This document shows positions 1-11,900 of a DNA stretch of 64,000 nucleotides, one piece after another (position 1 is the stretch's first letter; the number at the start of each line of letters is the position of its first letter). The stretch comes from an uncultured Planctomycetia bacterium (GTDB taxonomy: Bacteria > Omnitrophota > Gorgyraeia > 1-14-0-20-64-10). The notes beneath the pieces were generated by a model. The model did no database searches. It was not told the DNA's origin and worked only from the letters and a program-made list of their open reading frames with translations. The stretch lies in NCBI GenBank assembly GCA_964597545.1, contig CAZQXN010000001.1, positions 69,655-133,654 of the forward strand, read 5' to 3'. Made by a program: the position numbers and the translations under genes.

Positions 1-643
1 GCTTTTCCAGGGTTTGGCGGGCAGCAACCACATTGGAAAGCTTCTGGCCGATCGCCACATAGATGCAGACGACCCCGCTCTTGGCCTGATTGATGATGGT
101 GTCCAGCAGTATCGCGGTTTTGCCGGTTTGGCGGTCGCCGATGATCAGCTCTCTCTGGCCCCGGCCAATCGGAATCATGGCGTCGATCGCTTTGATCCCG
201 GTCATCAAGGGGGCCTTGACGGGCTGACGATCGATCACTGAGGGGGCATGCCCTTCGATCGGGCGGAAGTCATCGGTTACAATCGGCCCCTTGCCATCTA
301 AGGGACGGCCCAGGGCATCGACCACGCGGCCCAAGAGAGCCTTGCCCACTGGTACCTGGGCAAGCTTGCCGGTTCGCTTGACCTGGTCGCCGTCCTTGAA
401 CCCCTGGTCAGAGCCGAGGATTACGGCTCCCACGGAGTTGGCCTCAAGGTTGAGCGCCAGACCCATGACGCCCCCCGGAAACTCCAACATCTCTCCGGCC
501 ATCACATGTTCTAGGCCATAGAGGCGGGCAATGCCGTCACCCACCTGAAGGATCACTCCGACCCCTTCGAGTTTGAGTTTGGTTTTGTAAGACTCCAGCT
601 CCTGCTGGAGGATGGCGGTTACCTCTTCGGGTCGAATGCTCAT
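1..643 (-). CDS. atpA: F0F1 ATP synthase subunit alpha (N-terminal part; gene runs off the window edge)
   Basis: Minus-strand translation from ATG 643: [15 protein letters not shown]...[11 protein letters not shown]...[20 protein letters not shown] (Walker A); follows atpH with ATGA overlap. Confidence 0.97.
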   Translation of the reverse strand, partial: MSIRPEEVTAILQQELESYKTKLKLEGVGVILQVGDGIARLYGLEHVMAGEMLEFPGGVMGLALNLEANSVGAVILGSDQGFKDGDQVKRTGKLAQVPVGKALLGRVVDALGRPLDGKGPIVTDDFRPIEGHAPSVIDRQPVKAPLMTGIKAIDAMIPIGRGQRELIIGDRQTGKTAILLDTIINQAKSGVVCIYVAIGQKLSNVVAARQTLEK

Positions 644-1221
644 GCCTTCACCTTTATGGACTTTAAATGTTCACGCAGATCGTTCAAGCGCCTCTGGATC
701 GATCCATCCAGCAAAGTGGTTCCAATGCGCACCCGAACACCCCCTAGAATCTCGCCTTCTACAGAGCGCTCCAACACCACCTCTTGACCTAAGCGTTTGG
801 TGAGGCCCTCAGCGATGGCATCGGTCTCAGCATTGGAGATGGGGTGTGCTGTGGTCACCTCTCCCCGGAGTGTTCCCTGGCGCAGCCGAGAGATCCGAAT
901 GGCCTCTTCGGCAATCTCCGGCAGATGATCCATGCGCCGGCGCTTAAGGAGCAAGCCCAGCAACTGCTGGGTCTCAGCGCCAATCCCCTCTGACCAAACC
1001 TTTTTGAAGAGCCCAGCCTTCTCTTTGAGTGCAATCTCCGGAGAATCCAAAAAACGTCTTAATGCCCTCGAGGCTGTGTAAGTTTCGGCGGTAACCTTAA
1101 GCTCCTCCAAACCCGCCTTGAGGCGCTCGCTGGAAGAGAGGGACAACGCTCCCTTGCGCCCAGAGGTCAAGGTTCCCACAAAGGCCTCGGCGTAACGCTG
1201 GGCCACGGTCCGGTCAACCAC
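640..1221 (-). CDS. atpH: F0F1 ATP synthase subunit delta
   Basis: [10 protein letters not shown]-terminus, [19 protein letters not shown]-terminal motif; between atpF and atpA; start GTG 1221 preferred (ORF extends to 1239). Confidence 0.93.
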   Translation of the reverse strand: MVDRTVAQRYAEAFVGTLTSGRKGALSLSSSERLKAGLEELKVTAETYTASRALRRFLDSPEIALKEKAGLFKKVWSEGIGAETQQLLGLLLKRRRMDHLPEIAEEAIRISRLRQGTLRGEVTTAHPISNAETDAIAEGLTKRLGQEVVLERSVEGEILGGVRVRIGTTLLDGSIQRRLNDLREHLKSIKVKA

Positions 1222-1711
1222 GGTCTGACCCCATGGCATTGACCTCCTGGATAAAGGCTTCGATCATCTTGCGATCGGTCTCTTCATCGAGGTGGCGCTC
1301 GAGGATCTTATGGTTGGCCTGGATGGCCAAGTCCACGACCTGCTCTTTGAGCGCCTCCCGAGCCTTGGCCACCTCGAGAGCAGCGGCCTCTTGGGCTTTC
1401 TCGAGGGTCTCGCGCGCATAGGTGCGCGCATCTTCCTCAATCTCACCGGCAACCCGACGCCCCTCTTGGACTGCCTCCTGGAGTTTTTTGCGCGCGGCCT
1501 CCTCTATCTTGGAGAGGCTCTCCTGGTACTGGACCTTAAGCTGTTCCAGCTCCTCTTTGGCCCGCTCGATGCTGCTGAGCTCATCGGCAATCCGCTTGGA
1601 GCGAGACTCCATGGCTCCTAACAGCTTGCCCCAGGCAAACTTCTTCAGGATCGCCAGAAGGATCAAGAAACCTAAGGCATGGACCAGGATCTGCTTGGGA
1701 TCAATCTCCAT
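1214..1711 (-). CDS. atpF: F0F1 ATP synthase subunit b
   Basis: N-terminal TM (FLILLAILKKFAWG) followed by long charged coiled coil; operon position. Confidence 0.95.
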   Translation of the reverse strand: MEIDPKQILVHALGFLILLAILKKFAWGKLLGAMESRSKRIADELSSIERAKEELEQLKVQYQESLSKIEEAARKKLQEAVQEGRRVAGEIEEDARTYARETLEKAQEAAALEVAKAREALKEQVVDLAIQANHKILERHLDEETDRKMIEAFIQEVNAMGSDRG

Positions 1712-1733
1712 AGAAACGCTTCCCGCTGAATGC

Positions 1734-1764
1734 TTGTACGAAAGGGTCTGACCCCTTCGTACAA
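1734..1764. repeat. GGGTC(A/T)GACCC-family palindromic repeat / hairpin between atpE and atpF
   Basis: ttgtacgaaagggtc-t-gaccccttcgtacaa, near-perfect 31-bp inverted repeat; same core recurs four times in era. Confidence 0.75.
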
Positions 1765-1768
1765 ATGT

Positions 1769-2014
1769 TTAGTGGATCCGCCCCTGCAGGATGAAGACCG
1801 TCACCAACGCGTAGATCGTCAAGGCCTCAATGAAGGCGCAGCCGATCACCATGCCGGTCTGAATCTTAGGTGCTGCCTCGGGTTGACGTCCCATCGCTTC
1901 CATCGCCGCAGAAACTGCCCGACCCAGCGCCGTCGCGCAGGCGATGGCAGCCAGGGCCAGCCCGAAGGGGAGCGCAAACCCCAGAACCACATTGGCTTCA
2001 AGTGCTGCTAACAC
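1769..2014 (-). CDS. atpE: F0F1 ATP synthase subunit c
   Basis: Two TM helices with GRQPEA loop and conserved Glu (FIEALTIY). Confidence 0.97.
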   Translation of the reverse strand: MLAALEANVVLGFALPFGLALAAIACATALGRAVSAAMEAMGRQPEAAPKIQTGMVIGCAFIEALTIYALVTVFILQGRIH

Positions 2015-2036
2015 GGTGTAGCCTCCTCTCTGAAAT

Positions 2037-2086
2037 CGGTACCGGGTACACTTGCTAACAGCTGTGGATAACTGTACCCGGTACCG
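2037..2086. repeat. CGGTACCGGGTAC-family palindromic (REP-like) element
   Basis: 14-bp perfect inverted repeat cggtaccgggtaca (2037-2050) / tgtacccggtaccg (2073-2086); other copies at 15817-15849 and 21827-21866. Confidence 0.85.
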
Positions 2087-2091
2087 GGGTT

Positions 2092-2841
2092 TTATTCCGC
2101 GGGGTGCGGAAGCATCATGCTGATAAAGACCGCGCTTAGGGTGGCAAAGACCACTGCCTGTGCGGTCGCCAAGATGAGTCCCAGCCCCATGGCCATCAAC
2201 TGCAGCAGAATCCCCATAGGACCAAAACCCACCGCCACCGCCAAGAAGGCATCCTCGGCGGTGATGTTAAAACCAAGCCGCATGGAAAGTGAGAGTGGCT
2301 TGACCAGCTCGCCAAACAAGTGGATAAAACCGATCAAGAGCCCAATCAAAACCATGAAGGCCCCCTTGGGCTCTCCCATCATGTGCGAGAGGTACCCCTT
2401 AAACCCAAAGGAACGAATCCCGGTGTATTGAATGTAAACAAAGACGCACAGGGCCAGTCCCGCGGTAGTGTTGAGATCCGCGGTGGGGGATTTCATGCCG
2501 GGGACAAGCCCCATCAAGTTCATGGCCCAGATGTAAAGAAAGAGGGTGCCGATGAAGGGCGCATAGTGGCGGGCGTGAGAACCCATGATCCCTTCAATAA
2601 AGCGGTTGAGCCCCTCGACCAAGATCTCAACAAAGTTCTGCCAGCCCTTTGGGATAAGCTCAGGCTTGCGGCTGACCAGACGGGCCAGAACACACAGGGC
2701 AAGAGCGGTGATGGCAGCAAAGATCAGATTCTCGTAGGTATGCAAAAAGCGGCCCAGGACAGTATCGGCGCCCACGGTCTCAGTTAGCCAGCTGACCCAA
2801 TTGGCGATGTGGGGGATGCCGCCGTGGCCTGTCTCAGACAT
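2092..2841 (-). CDS. atpB: F0F1 ATP synthase subunit a
   Basis: PKGWQNFVE, MNLMGLVPG..SPTADLNTT, KPLSLSMRLGFNI, QAVVFATLSAVFI motifs. Confidence 0.97.
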   Translation of the reverse strand: MSETGHGGIPHIANWVSWLTETVGADTVLGRFLHTYENLIFAAITALALCVLARLVSRKPELIPKGWQNFVEILVEGLNRFIEGIMGSHARHYAPFIGTLFLYIWAMNLMGLVPGMKSPTADLNTTAGLALCVFVYIQYTGIRSFGFKGYLSHMMGEPKGAFMVLIGLLIGFIHLFGELVKPLSLSMRLGFNITAEDAFLAVAVGFGPMGILLQLMAMGLGLILATAQAVVFATLSAVFISMMLPHPAE

Positions 2842-3205
2842 GAGAAGCCTCGACCGGCTGATCCAGCGCCACGCAAGCTGCGATCACAGCCAAAACCACG
2901 GTAAACCCTAAGGCAAAGGAACCCACCCCAACCCAGCCCGACCAGAGGAGGGCAATCGCAGCAGGATAGAGCAGGCCGAACTTGGCCGCCAAAAGAAGGA
3001 TGAGCCTTCCCTTGCGCCGGCCATCGCTGCTTAAGAGCCAGCGCATCAGCCGCTCCAGCAGGAAGACATTGACGCTATTCCAAAGGGCGCCGCAGGCAAA
3101 TCCGATGGCTGCTGCCCGACTCCAAAAAAGGCCGATGGGCGCGGCGCAGAGGGTCGCAACTAAGGCAAGGATGAGCCCTTTCTGGATCGATCGTTCAGTC
3201 GGCAT
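2834..3205 (-). CDS. atpI: ATP synthase subunit I-like membrane protein
   Basis: Four hydrophobic segments, immediately upstream of atpB; start ATG 3205 overlaps upstream gene. Confidence 0.75.
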   Translation of the reverse strand: MPTERSIQKGLILALVATLCAAPIGLFWSRAAAIGFACGALWNSVNVFLLERLMRWLLSSDGRRKGRLILLLAAKFGLLYPAAIALLWSGWVGVGSFALGFTVVLAVIAACVALDQPVEASHV

Positions 3206-3440
3206 CAGACTCCTTTTGTGCGTAACGGAACAGCCGGATGGTCTCAACGAAGGCTGCAACCAGCCCCACCACAACCAGGATCAAGACCCCCCAGGGGTCG
3301 GAATTCAAGCGCTGATCCAGGAAGCGGCCCAAAAAGAATCCGACTGTCGGCCCCCCCACCAGGACTAAGGGGATGGAGATGTAAATTCCCGCTTGGCGTA
3401 CCAGTTGGATGAGATGGCGCTCAGATTGCGGAGAAGCCAA
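3195..3440 (-). CDS. AtpZ/AtpI family protein
   Basis: GPTVGFFLGRFLDQRLNSDPWG signature of AtpZ/gene 1 family; first gene of atp operon; start TTG 3440 inferred. Confidence 0.85.
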   Translation of the reverse strand: MASPQSERHLIQLVRQAGIYISIPLVLVGGPTVGFFLGRFLDQRLNSDPWGVLILVVVGLVAAFVETIRLFRYAQKESDAD

Positions 3441-3486
3441 CGATAGTCTACCTTCTGTGATAAGAAGCGGTGAGAGGTACTTATCT

Positions 3487-3515
3487 ATTATACGAGGCCT
3501 TTGCACCTAAGTCAA
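3487..3515 (-). promoter_or_regulatory. sigma70-type promoter of atp operon
   Basis: Minus strand TTGACT-17 nt-TATAAT. Confidence 0.8.
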
Positions 3516-3554
3516 AGCCCCCCTAGGGGTTTGAGGTTGGCCATGTCAGCGTCG

Positions 3555-3563
3555 TGCTATAAT
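3555..3563 (+). promoter_or_regulatory. Extended -10 promoter for NUDIX gene
   Basis: TGcTATAAT ending 8 nt before ATG 3572. Confidence 0.6.
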
Positions 3564-3571
3564 CAATTCCT

Positions 3572-4123
3572 ATGGCGGTCCCGAAAATACGACTGGTCAA
3601 ATCCAAGCTGATCTACAAGGGGAGGCTTGCTACCCTCTCCCTGGACACCTGTCGGACTGCCGAGGGCCACCGCTTCTTCAGGGAGACCATCCAACACCCC
3701 CCATCTGCGGTGATTGTCCCCCTTTTACCGGGCAAGAAGGTCCTCCTGATCCGGCAATTCAGGCATGCGGTGGGCAAAACCATCTATGAGATCCCGGCGG
3801 GGACCCGAGAGCCCGGGGAATCCCTCTTGCGCTGTGCCAAAAGGGAGCTGGCCGAGGAGACCGGATACTCGGCTGCCGCCTGGAAGCGGCTGTGCCTCTT
3901 TTATCCGGCCCCCGGAATCTCAATGGAGCGGATGGTCCTCTACCGGGCCTTGGGGCTTAAAGCCATGAAGCGCCCAGCCAAGAAGGACAAGGACGAATAC
4001 ATCGCCACAGAGGCGGTGACAGTGGCGCGCGCAATGCGGCTCATCCGAGACAACCGAATCATCGACGGAAAAACCTTGCTGGGACTCCTCTGGGGACTGG
4101 GAAGGATCCGCTGGACACCCTAA
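3572..4123 (+). CDS. NUDIX hydrolase (ADP-ribose pyrophosphatase-like)
   Basis: Nudix box EIPAGTREPGESLLRCAKRELAEETG; IRQFRH, YPAPG, IIDGKT. Confidence 0.92.
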   Translation: MAVPKIRLVKSKLIYKGRLATLSLDTCRTAEGHRFFRETIQHPPSAVIVPLLPGKKVLLIRQFRHAVGKTIYEIPAGTREPGESLLRCAKRELAEETGYSAAAWKRLCLFYPAPGISMERMVLYRALGLKAMKRPAKKDKDEYIATEAVTVARAMRLIRDNRIIDGKTLLGLLWGLGRIRWTP

Positions 4124-4124
4124 G

Positions 4125-4508
4125 ATGAATCCAACCACTGAGCTTTTAGAGAAGATCGAGACCCTCTGCAGGAAGGACAAGCGGTACAAGGTCGAGGCTT
4201 ACCTTTTTGTCTTGGGGGGCCTGCACTTTACCGTGACTCAAATGCCCAAGCCTCGTCATGTGACCGGCAAGGAGCTCTTGGAGGGGATCCGCCTCTATGC
4301 GGTCGAGCAGTTCGGCCCCTTGGCGATCCAGGTCTTTGAGCACTGGGGGGTCACCACCACTGAGGATTTTGGCCGCATCGTCTTTAACCTGGTGGATGCC
4401 AAGCTCTTGGGCAAGACCGAGGAGGACTCTTTGAGTGACTTCAAGGAGATCTACGACTTTACCTCGGCCTTTGACCCCAAGCCCCTCTTTAAGCTGGCCG
4501 AGGAGTAA
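4125..4508 (+). CDS. Conserved hypothetical protein (Minf_1886-like)
   Basis: DKRYKVEAYLFV...HVTGKELLEG...FGPLA..V..HWGV..TEDFGRIVFNLV resembles a family I recall from PVC bacteria. Confidence 0.75.
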   Translation: MNPTTELLEKIETLCRKDKRYKVEAYLFVLGGLHFTVTQMPKPRHVTGKELLEGIRLYAVEQFGPLAIQVFEHWGVTTTEDFGRIVFNLVDAKLLGKTEEDSLSDFKEIYDFTSAFDPKPLFKLAEE

Positions 4509-4533
4509 TTGCTTCGCCGGCCCCGCCGGGCCC

Positions 4534-5787
4534 TTATCCCTTTCCCATCCGGACCGCCAGCCACCTGCCCATCTGCCGCAGGCCCTGCGCCGTCAGGATC
4601 AATAAAACCGGCTCGACCGCCCACCGATGCCGAGTCTCAATGTAGGCGAGGCTCTGGATTGCGGCGATCGAAAGCATCAGAAGAATCGGCAACCACTTGC
4701 CGCTGCCTGCCGCAGCATCCCTGAAGAAAGAGCGCGCCCCCAGCAGCGCACCGGCCAGCACCAAAAGATAGAACAGCTTGTATAACAGAAACCAGAGCTT
4801 CGGATACAGCAGTCCCGCCTGCGGCGTGAACCACCAGAAGAAATAAAACTTCTTGGCCGTCCTAGCCAAAAACCCAATGGGGTGCTCAGCCACATACCCT
4901 GTGGCCTCTTTCCAAAAGAGCTTATTCTGTCCCATCTCGTCGAGGCGGAAGATCTGCTCCTTGAGGGCCGGATCAGCCAGATTGAAGATATCTTCGCGCT
5001 CCGAGGATAAAGCAGAACCTGAGAAGTTCTCGTTGTTGCCCAGCCAGAAGACATAAGGTGTATTGGAGCGGGTCAAAACAAACTCCCCTTGCACTTGGTA
5101 ATTCCTGAAAACCCAAGGAGCAAGCACACACCCCAGCACCGCGACAAAGAGCAGGGTGCGGCGAGCAGCGAGCCCAAGACCCATCTTGCGTACGCGGAAG
5201 ATGTAGACAAAGGCCAGAGGCAGGAAGACCAGCGCTGTCGGTCGAGTAAGAGCACATACGCCGCTCACCAGTGCCGCCCCCACCCAATCCCTCAACCGAA
5301 AGTGCTTAAGCACCCGGAGCATCATCAAAAGCACTAAGCTCATCCCAAGAGCATCCAGGGTCAAGGGGTGGAGCTTGGTGGCATAGACAATCAGCCCTGG
5401 ATGCAGGGCGACGAGGGCCGCGGCCAAAAGGGCTGCCTTGGGTGAAACGATCGCCCGAGCACAGTGATAGATCACCACAACCAGCCCCGCCGACAAAAGG
5501 GCCTGGACCACCTGAAGTGCTAACACATTGTGCTTGGTCAAGAAATAGATGAATGCCGCCAGGGCCGGGTAAAGGGGCTCGCAGTAAGAACGATATAGGG
5601 TCCCAAGGTGCGGATAGACAAAGCCATTGCCCTCAAGCAGGTTGGTGGCGATCACCTCATACTCCCAAAACTGAGGGGGGATCACCGCCAGCGCCAAGAG
5701 GCGCACGGCCAAGGCCAGAGCGAAAATAGAGACAATCCAAAGGCCCCAGCGGGATTGCGCAACGGCTTGAGGAGGTGCGGTATCCAT
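4534..5787 (-). CDS. GT-C fold membrane glycosyltransferase (ArnT/PMT, GT39-like)
   Basis: Multi-TM; EYEVIATNLLEGNG, EPLYP, ALTRP, APWVFRNY motifs. Confidence 0.8.
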   Translation of the reverse strand: MDTAPPQAVAQSRWGLWIVSIFALALAVRLLALAVIPPQFWEYEVIATNLLEGNGFVYPHLGTLYRSYCEPLYPALAAFIYFLTKHNVLALQVVQALLSAGLVVVIYHCARAIVSPKAALLAAALVALHPGLIVYATKLHPLTLDALGMSLVLLMMLRVLKHFRLRDWVGAALVSGVCALTRPTALVFLPLAFVYIFRVRKMGLGLAARRTLLFVAVLGCVLAPWVFRNYQVQGEFVLTRSNTPYVFWLGNNENFSGSALSSEREDIFNLADPALKEQIFRLDEMGQNKLFWKEATGYVAEHPIGFLARTAKKFYFFWWFTPQAGLLYPKLWFLLYKLFYLLVLAGALLGARSFFRDAAAGSGKWLPILLMLSIAAIQSLAYIETRHRWAVEPVLLILTAQGLRQMGRWLAVRMGKG

Positions 5788-5795
5788 AGGACCTA

Positions 5796-5824
5796 AGTAT
5801 CACCACTTCTGTCGGACCCGTCAA
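5796..5824 (-). promoter_or_regulatory. sigma70-type promoter of the GT-C gene
   Basis: Minus strand TTGACG-17 nt-GATACT, 8 nt upstream of ATG 5787. Confidence 0.6.
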
Positions 5825-5940
5825 TACCTATCCATTCTGGATTCCCCCTGCTCCGTACGTTAATATACATAAAGTTGGTTATTTTCCTTGTTTTTTACCC
5901 CCTTTATAGGCCATACTTTCCTTATATGGTACATCATACG

Positions 5941-8900
5941 ATGACACGCCCATTGGCCTTCCTGCTGGCCCTCCTGATTGGTTTGCCTGCCCCTGCTCTC
6001 CTGGGCAGCCAGGCACTGGCTGCGGAGCATGGTGCGGCTTCCTCTAGCCGCAGCCATCATCTGCGCCCTTCCATTGAAGAGCGGGTGGAGGCTGATCTCG
6101 CCTCCGGCCTGGAGGAGGGGGCTGAGGATCTCGCAACCATTCTTGAGGTGCCGACAATCCAGCAGCTGAGCGCAATCCCCCTCGAAAGAATCGGAGAGGC
6201 CTATCTGCTGGATCCCAGACCGACAACATCCGATTTGAAAGATCAATTTGAGTCTGCCCAGCGGGAGCTCTGGTCGGTTGGATTCAAGCACCGGGAGGCC
6301 CCTCATCTTGTCGTCGGCGTGGGCAGAGAGATTAAAGCGTCGGGGATAACCCATTTCTTGGGCAAGCTGTATTCACGGACAAGACCGACCTCTGTGAGGA
6401 TGCTTCACAAACATCCCGTTCGCTCAGCAATCCCGTCGCACAAGGATTTCAGCGGACTCAAGGAGTGGCGTAAGCGATATGGAAAAAGCGTTCGGCGGCA
6501 GCGCAATTGGATCAACGGCGCAGACAACGGCATCCAGCGCTTTGTGGAGTACGGACACCGGCGCTTGTGGCGCATATTCTCATCCAAGAAGCTACAGGCG
6601 CGGATCTGGAGGGGCGGTCCCAAGAAACCCGCCGAAGCATTCTTCATCCCGGGCACCGATCGATGGCATGTCAGCGACATCAGAAATCACTCTTTGCCGG
6701 GAACCGACCAGGAAGGACACTCCTACTTCTTCAGCCTGGTGGATACGCCGGGCGTTCAGCGGGTTGAATTCAACGACCATCAAGGACGCTGGGCAAGCTG
6801 CAGTGCGAGCGACACCTGGGAAGAGCTACTTGAGTCACAGGGTTACACCAGGCCAGCCTACTCCGGCCTGGAGGAGGAGTGGGTGGAGCGTATCCGTACA
6901 GCAACCCAGCAGTGGCAAGCCAAGGGTTGGAAGCTTTATGACCCTGAGGAGCTCTCCTCAGCTTTTGCCAAGATTGCCGCAAAGCTCGGGTCGGGTTTGG
7001 AGAAAACCCAAGCCTTGGACGCGCAGGATACCAGGCGTTTCATCTGGGAGCGCCGTCAAGAATTCATGGTGGCCTTCTCGCATCTGGCCGAGGCGCTGCA
7101 TCTGCCCCCTGAAAACAATCCGCTAAGCGTCATCGCACTCACCCCTGCACGCGGCAAGTCCCCACCAAAACAAGCTGTGTTGGATCTACCCTATGGTGAA
7201 GGGGTGCTCAGGGCGACGATCCATTTCCAGAACCCTTCCCAAACTCCCAGAACCAAATTCCAGTTTCAGATTCGGGATGCAGCGGGCACCGCCCGGCGTC
7301 TGGGTGAGATGCGCATGGGAGCTGACAAGGAACGGCGCGACACCCTTCCGCTGCTTCACATTGACGTGGTAGATCCGTTGCGCCCAAGAACACCTCACGG
7401 TGAAAAGAGGAAATGGATCTGGCACCTGGGTATCGATTGGGCCTTCACGCAGCAAGATGGCATTCAAGAGAAGCTCATCGCCTACAAGACATTCCAGGAT
7501 AATCTCGGCCAACGGGTGAGACAACTGAGCAGGCGCCCCACAAGGGACACTACCGCTGCTTCCGGCCAAGAAGAGCCAATCCTCTCCCTGCCTGGTGCAG
7601 TACAAGTACCGCTTGCAGATCTTCGCCTGGCTGAAAGAATTGAGGCACACACAGGGGTTGCCGGGATTGATCCTGTCCGGACAGCGCTGAAGCAATTGCC
7701 GAATTCGCTCGTTCTGGCGGTGGTCGGCTCTGCCTTCTTGAGTCCAGGCGAGGCGATTGCCGATCTGGACCTGGCAGTCTATGACACCGCAGAGGATGGC
7801 GCAGGGGTGTGGGAATTACTGGACAGGCTTGAAGATTGCTTGGGCCCATTGGGTGAGGTTACGCGCAGCCCGGCAGCCGGAGATGAGAAGGCGTGGACAG
7901 ACCCCTATACCCTGAGTGTCGAGGATGTGCGAGGCGGAGGAGAGAGTTTCCAGGTGGATATCTTTGCCCTTCCCATGAGTTTATTGCGCACCAACCCGAT
8001 TGTGGATGGCCTAGACGCCTTATTCTACGTCGGGGGATTCAATCCCCTCTTCCCGGTCTATGGGGTTCAAAGCAGTCAAGCGGCAGAGCAATTCGTTGAG
8101 ATTGCTGCAGCAATTCCAGAGACCACCCTGGTTGGCAATCTCACACAATGGAAGCAAGCGCTCCTGGAGGATGCGCAGATGCGTTTGAGGTTCGGCGAGT
8201 CCGAAGCAGAGGCCATCCAAAAAGTGCGCCGACGAGCCCGTACCGTTTTGTATGCCCTAGACAGCAATGAGGTCCCGGCACCAGATGCACTTCCAGGGAA
8301 CCAAAAAGAGCTTGGCGAATTGCTAAGAACCCTGCAGACCCGGCAGGGTGATTTCGTAGAGCGGGTGCGGGCAATCCGTCTCGCCTCCGGCCTGGAGGAG
8401 GGAATAGAGTTGGCTACTGTGCCGATCCCGCGAAGCGCCGATGAGACCGACGCGTACGTTAACCGGCTCCATAGAACACGAGTGGTTATCGGAGATGCCC
8501 TCCGCATTCCCTATGACCCTTCCTTTCCGGAAACGGTGGCAGAACGGCACCACCTTTCGGTGATCCGCCATCTGAACGACAATGCCTTCCTCCATTTCCT
8601 TGACAGGACCTCGATCGCCAATCCTCAGGCGCAATTTACCTTCTTCCTCACCCAAGGGGTGGTTGACGGCGCTCTGCGCTGGTTTCTGAATGTTCAATAC
8701 CAAGATAACAATCCAGAGGCGTGGGAACATCCCATCGAGAGCGCGGTGACGAAGTTAAGCGGTGGAAGCCAAAGGGATGGCGGCGGAGTGGGATTGTGGA
8801 CTGCTTACCAAGCAGTAGCGCAAATTCCTGATGCGGCCCTTATCGTTGAGGCTCGGGATGTAGACGGCCATCGGAAACGGCTGAAGTTTGTAAAGGCCTT

Positions 8901-11900
8901 AAGCAGCCCTGCTTCCTTGGAGATTCGTAATCCTGATGGGGGAACAGAAATCTTGGTCCGGCTTCCAATCCTCCCCTTGGAGATAAACCTTGGGGAGGCA
9001 GCAGAACAAACTCGAGAACTGTTGGCCGGCAGATTTGGGCAGGGGCTCTCCAGGGAAATGACCGAATCTACCATCACCCAAATCTTGCGGCACAGCCTTC
9101 TGCTGCGCGCTGTGCAGATAGGCTCAGGGGCTAGAGCGGTCCTGATTCAAGGAGAAGCTGCGCAAGAGGTGACCGGACAAGCGGTGGCAAGGGCTCTCGA
9201 CGCACTTCCAGGGTCTTCTGATGGCAATCGGTTTGTTATGCACATTGGCAGGCACCCTTCAGAAGGTCTGGCTGTATACATTGCTCCGCTGCGAGGTGAA
9301 TATCATGCCCTCAGTTCAGGAGAGGCTGTTGAGATCGCGGATCTGCTTCGACAGAGAGAGCCGACGGTAGCTTCCATTCGCTTTCCTGGGCAAGGGTCTC
9401 ATCTGGATGTTCCGCTCGGAGCGCTCAGCCGAGAGTTGATTGCGGCGAGTGTCGATCGGATTCTCCAGGGCGGCAATGGCGTCATCCAGGTGGTGCCCTT
9501 TGAGCTTGGCGAAACAGATAGGCTCGCCATTGAAGTCTTATCAACCTCCGGCCAGGAGGAGAAGCGCCCCGCCCTAGGGCAGCTTACCAAACAGCTGCGT
9601 CAAATTCACAGACCCGGTTCCACGTGGACCCCTTCACAGATTGTTGATGCAGTCCGAGCCGCCTCTGAGACAGAGGATTTTGAGCTAGAGTGGCTTGCTC
9701 CCGGACAGATCAACTCCCCTGCGCAAAGAAAGACCGCCTGGGGGAAGATCCTTCACGCCGCTTACAGTGCGGTCAACAGGGGAGGGCTGGATCCGCTCAC
9801 CTGGCGGAAGGTTCTGGAGCAAGCAGGGCTTGATCCGAATCAGGTCTATGGGCGCAAACGAAGATCGCGAAAAGGGGATGGGATAGCATCCCCGGTTGCC
9901 GTCCACCTCCATCCTCCTTTCAAGGATGGCAAGCCGAACCTGGAGGCGTTAGGGGAACCAAACCACACAGGTGTGCGACTGCCCCGCCGTCCTTGGTGGA
10001 AGGAACACGCTCCTGCTCGCGCTCTGTTCATGAACCTTGAAACAGCTGGGAGTTCAACTGGGCAAGCGATCGTTAATGCTTACGGCCCCTCCTACTCACT
10101 CCCGCTGCCCTACAACGAATCCAACCCGGACCGCGTGGTGGTGTTGGCAGATGTCCCTGAGCCGGATCAGATCCGCGTACTGGCCATCTACCACGCTCAA
10201 ACCTTAAAGCAACTCTACCCCACCGCCAATCAGATATGGATCTATCCTCGCTTCCACCTGCAAGGAGGAAAGCTCCGAGGAGATTCTTTCTTCTTAAGGG
10301 CTACAGAGAAGATCAAAGATACCTCCTGGGACAATCTGGCCGCACGGGGCCCGCAAGTCGCCCTGGCGCATAGCCGCATTGGCGTCGACTCTGGCAGTTC
10401 ATACGTCCACTGCAGGGGTATCCCGCGCCTCATTCCGTACCGTAAAGGGGTAACGCATTCAAATCCTATGCTGGTCATTGCTGATACGCGCGCAGAGGCT
10501 GAAGCACCACCCATTGCCATCTATAACAACCAGGGGGATCAAGTTGCTCCTCACTGGGAAGATGCGTCGGTTCTGGAATTTGATGCGGTCGAGCTGGCAT
10601 CGCAGCTGCTGCGCCAACTGGCAGGCGCCTCCAATCTACTGCAAGGATCCGGCAGCGAACGAACTGTGCAACATCTCGACGTCAGCCAGCTGCTCGGCGG
10701 AACACCGGCTGCCATTGCCTTCCGTGATGACAGCGAGGACGGCTTAAGGCGGCGCCTGGAAGTGGCGCTGGCGGTAGCACTTGACCCCTGGAAACCTGCT
10801 CTTTATGATCCGGCTCGTGGGCAATATCTGCCGGCCTGGGAGGCGGGCGAACCCTTAAGGGAAGCGGGAATTGCCTCTATTCAAATTACGGTTCCACCTC
10901 GACCGGAACAGCCGGAAACCGCCTGGTTGGTTGTTCCGAGCAACGGTACGGCGGGGCTGCCGGCTTACGAGGCTGATGCGTTTAGAGGGTTTCATCCGAA
11001 TCAAGCGCAAAAGCTTCCCGCCGACACAACCCACGTCATCACGCGGCCCCTCACCAGGGAAGCCCTCTCCAGAGAGGTTGTGATTCCGTTGCACTACAAC
11101 GAGCGCGCAACCAGCGTTGTGGCGCTGCTTTCCCGGGAAGCTGGGGTCAGTACGGGAGAACGCATTCCAGCAGGAAAGAATACTCGGCTCTTCTTTGAGC
11201 CGACACTTCAATTGGATCACTGGGTAGGCGAAGAGGATAACGGCAGGCCGGCTCTGGTGTTGTGGTCGCATCCCTGGCCTGGTGATACCGTTCCAGACAG
11301 CTTCACCATACCCACCATTGATCTACATCCCGATCAAACCTTTTCACTTACCCTAAGACAGCTGTTTCATGCAGCACTGCTCGGCCACACAGCAGCAGCG
11401 CACCTGAATGTCTCAGCCCTCTGGACCTTCTTAGACAGCGAAAATCAGCCGCTGTTGGCCGCTGCTATCGGCCCGGAGCGCACTGCCGGCCAGGAGGAGG
11501 CTGATACCCTCGCAGGGGTCAGCACCCGCAGTGTGGTGTCGACTTACTTTGATCCGCCATTTTACGAGCACGGAACGCTCAAGGAAGTCACAGCAGATTC
11601 AGTTTGGGAATTCACAAATTTGCCGCCTGCCTTCTGGGAAACCGCCCGAGAGAGAGCCCAGAAGCATGTTGTACTCCGCGGCGTGCGCTCGATCGACACC
11701 AATGGGCAAGCGCACTTTGCAGCCACAACAGCACAAAGGAAAACCGGCCGCTATCCCACCGCAGTGCCTTACGGCGCAGATGTTGCATTTACGGTGGCGT
11801 TTAACATGCAGCATCCCCTTCTGGGGATTCCCGAGAAAGCTTTTCACAACGGAATCCAAGTGTACCCGGCAGCAAACCATGTCGAGATGTATCTGCATTT

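Noticed and set aside
1769-2014. Possible Na+-translocating ATP synthase
   Set aside because: Subunit c has IEAL and lacks the Q...ES/T sodium-binding signature; an ordinary H+ type is more likely.
2063-2071. Perfect DnaA box TGTGGATAA
   Set aside because: Single copy inside a palindromic repeat loop in the atp operon; no cluster, AT-rich unwinding element or dnaA nearby.
6991-7005. SGLEK (and AGGLEE at about 15043-15060) as extra cassette sites
   Set aside because: Peptide-like but nucleotide-divergent and very close to intact sites; not counted among the ten.
10832-10845. Out-of-frame near-match cggcctgggaggcg in the longest module
   Set aside because: Needs an insertion plus a mismatch; could be a decayed site but cannot be told from chance in GC-rich DNA.
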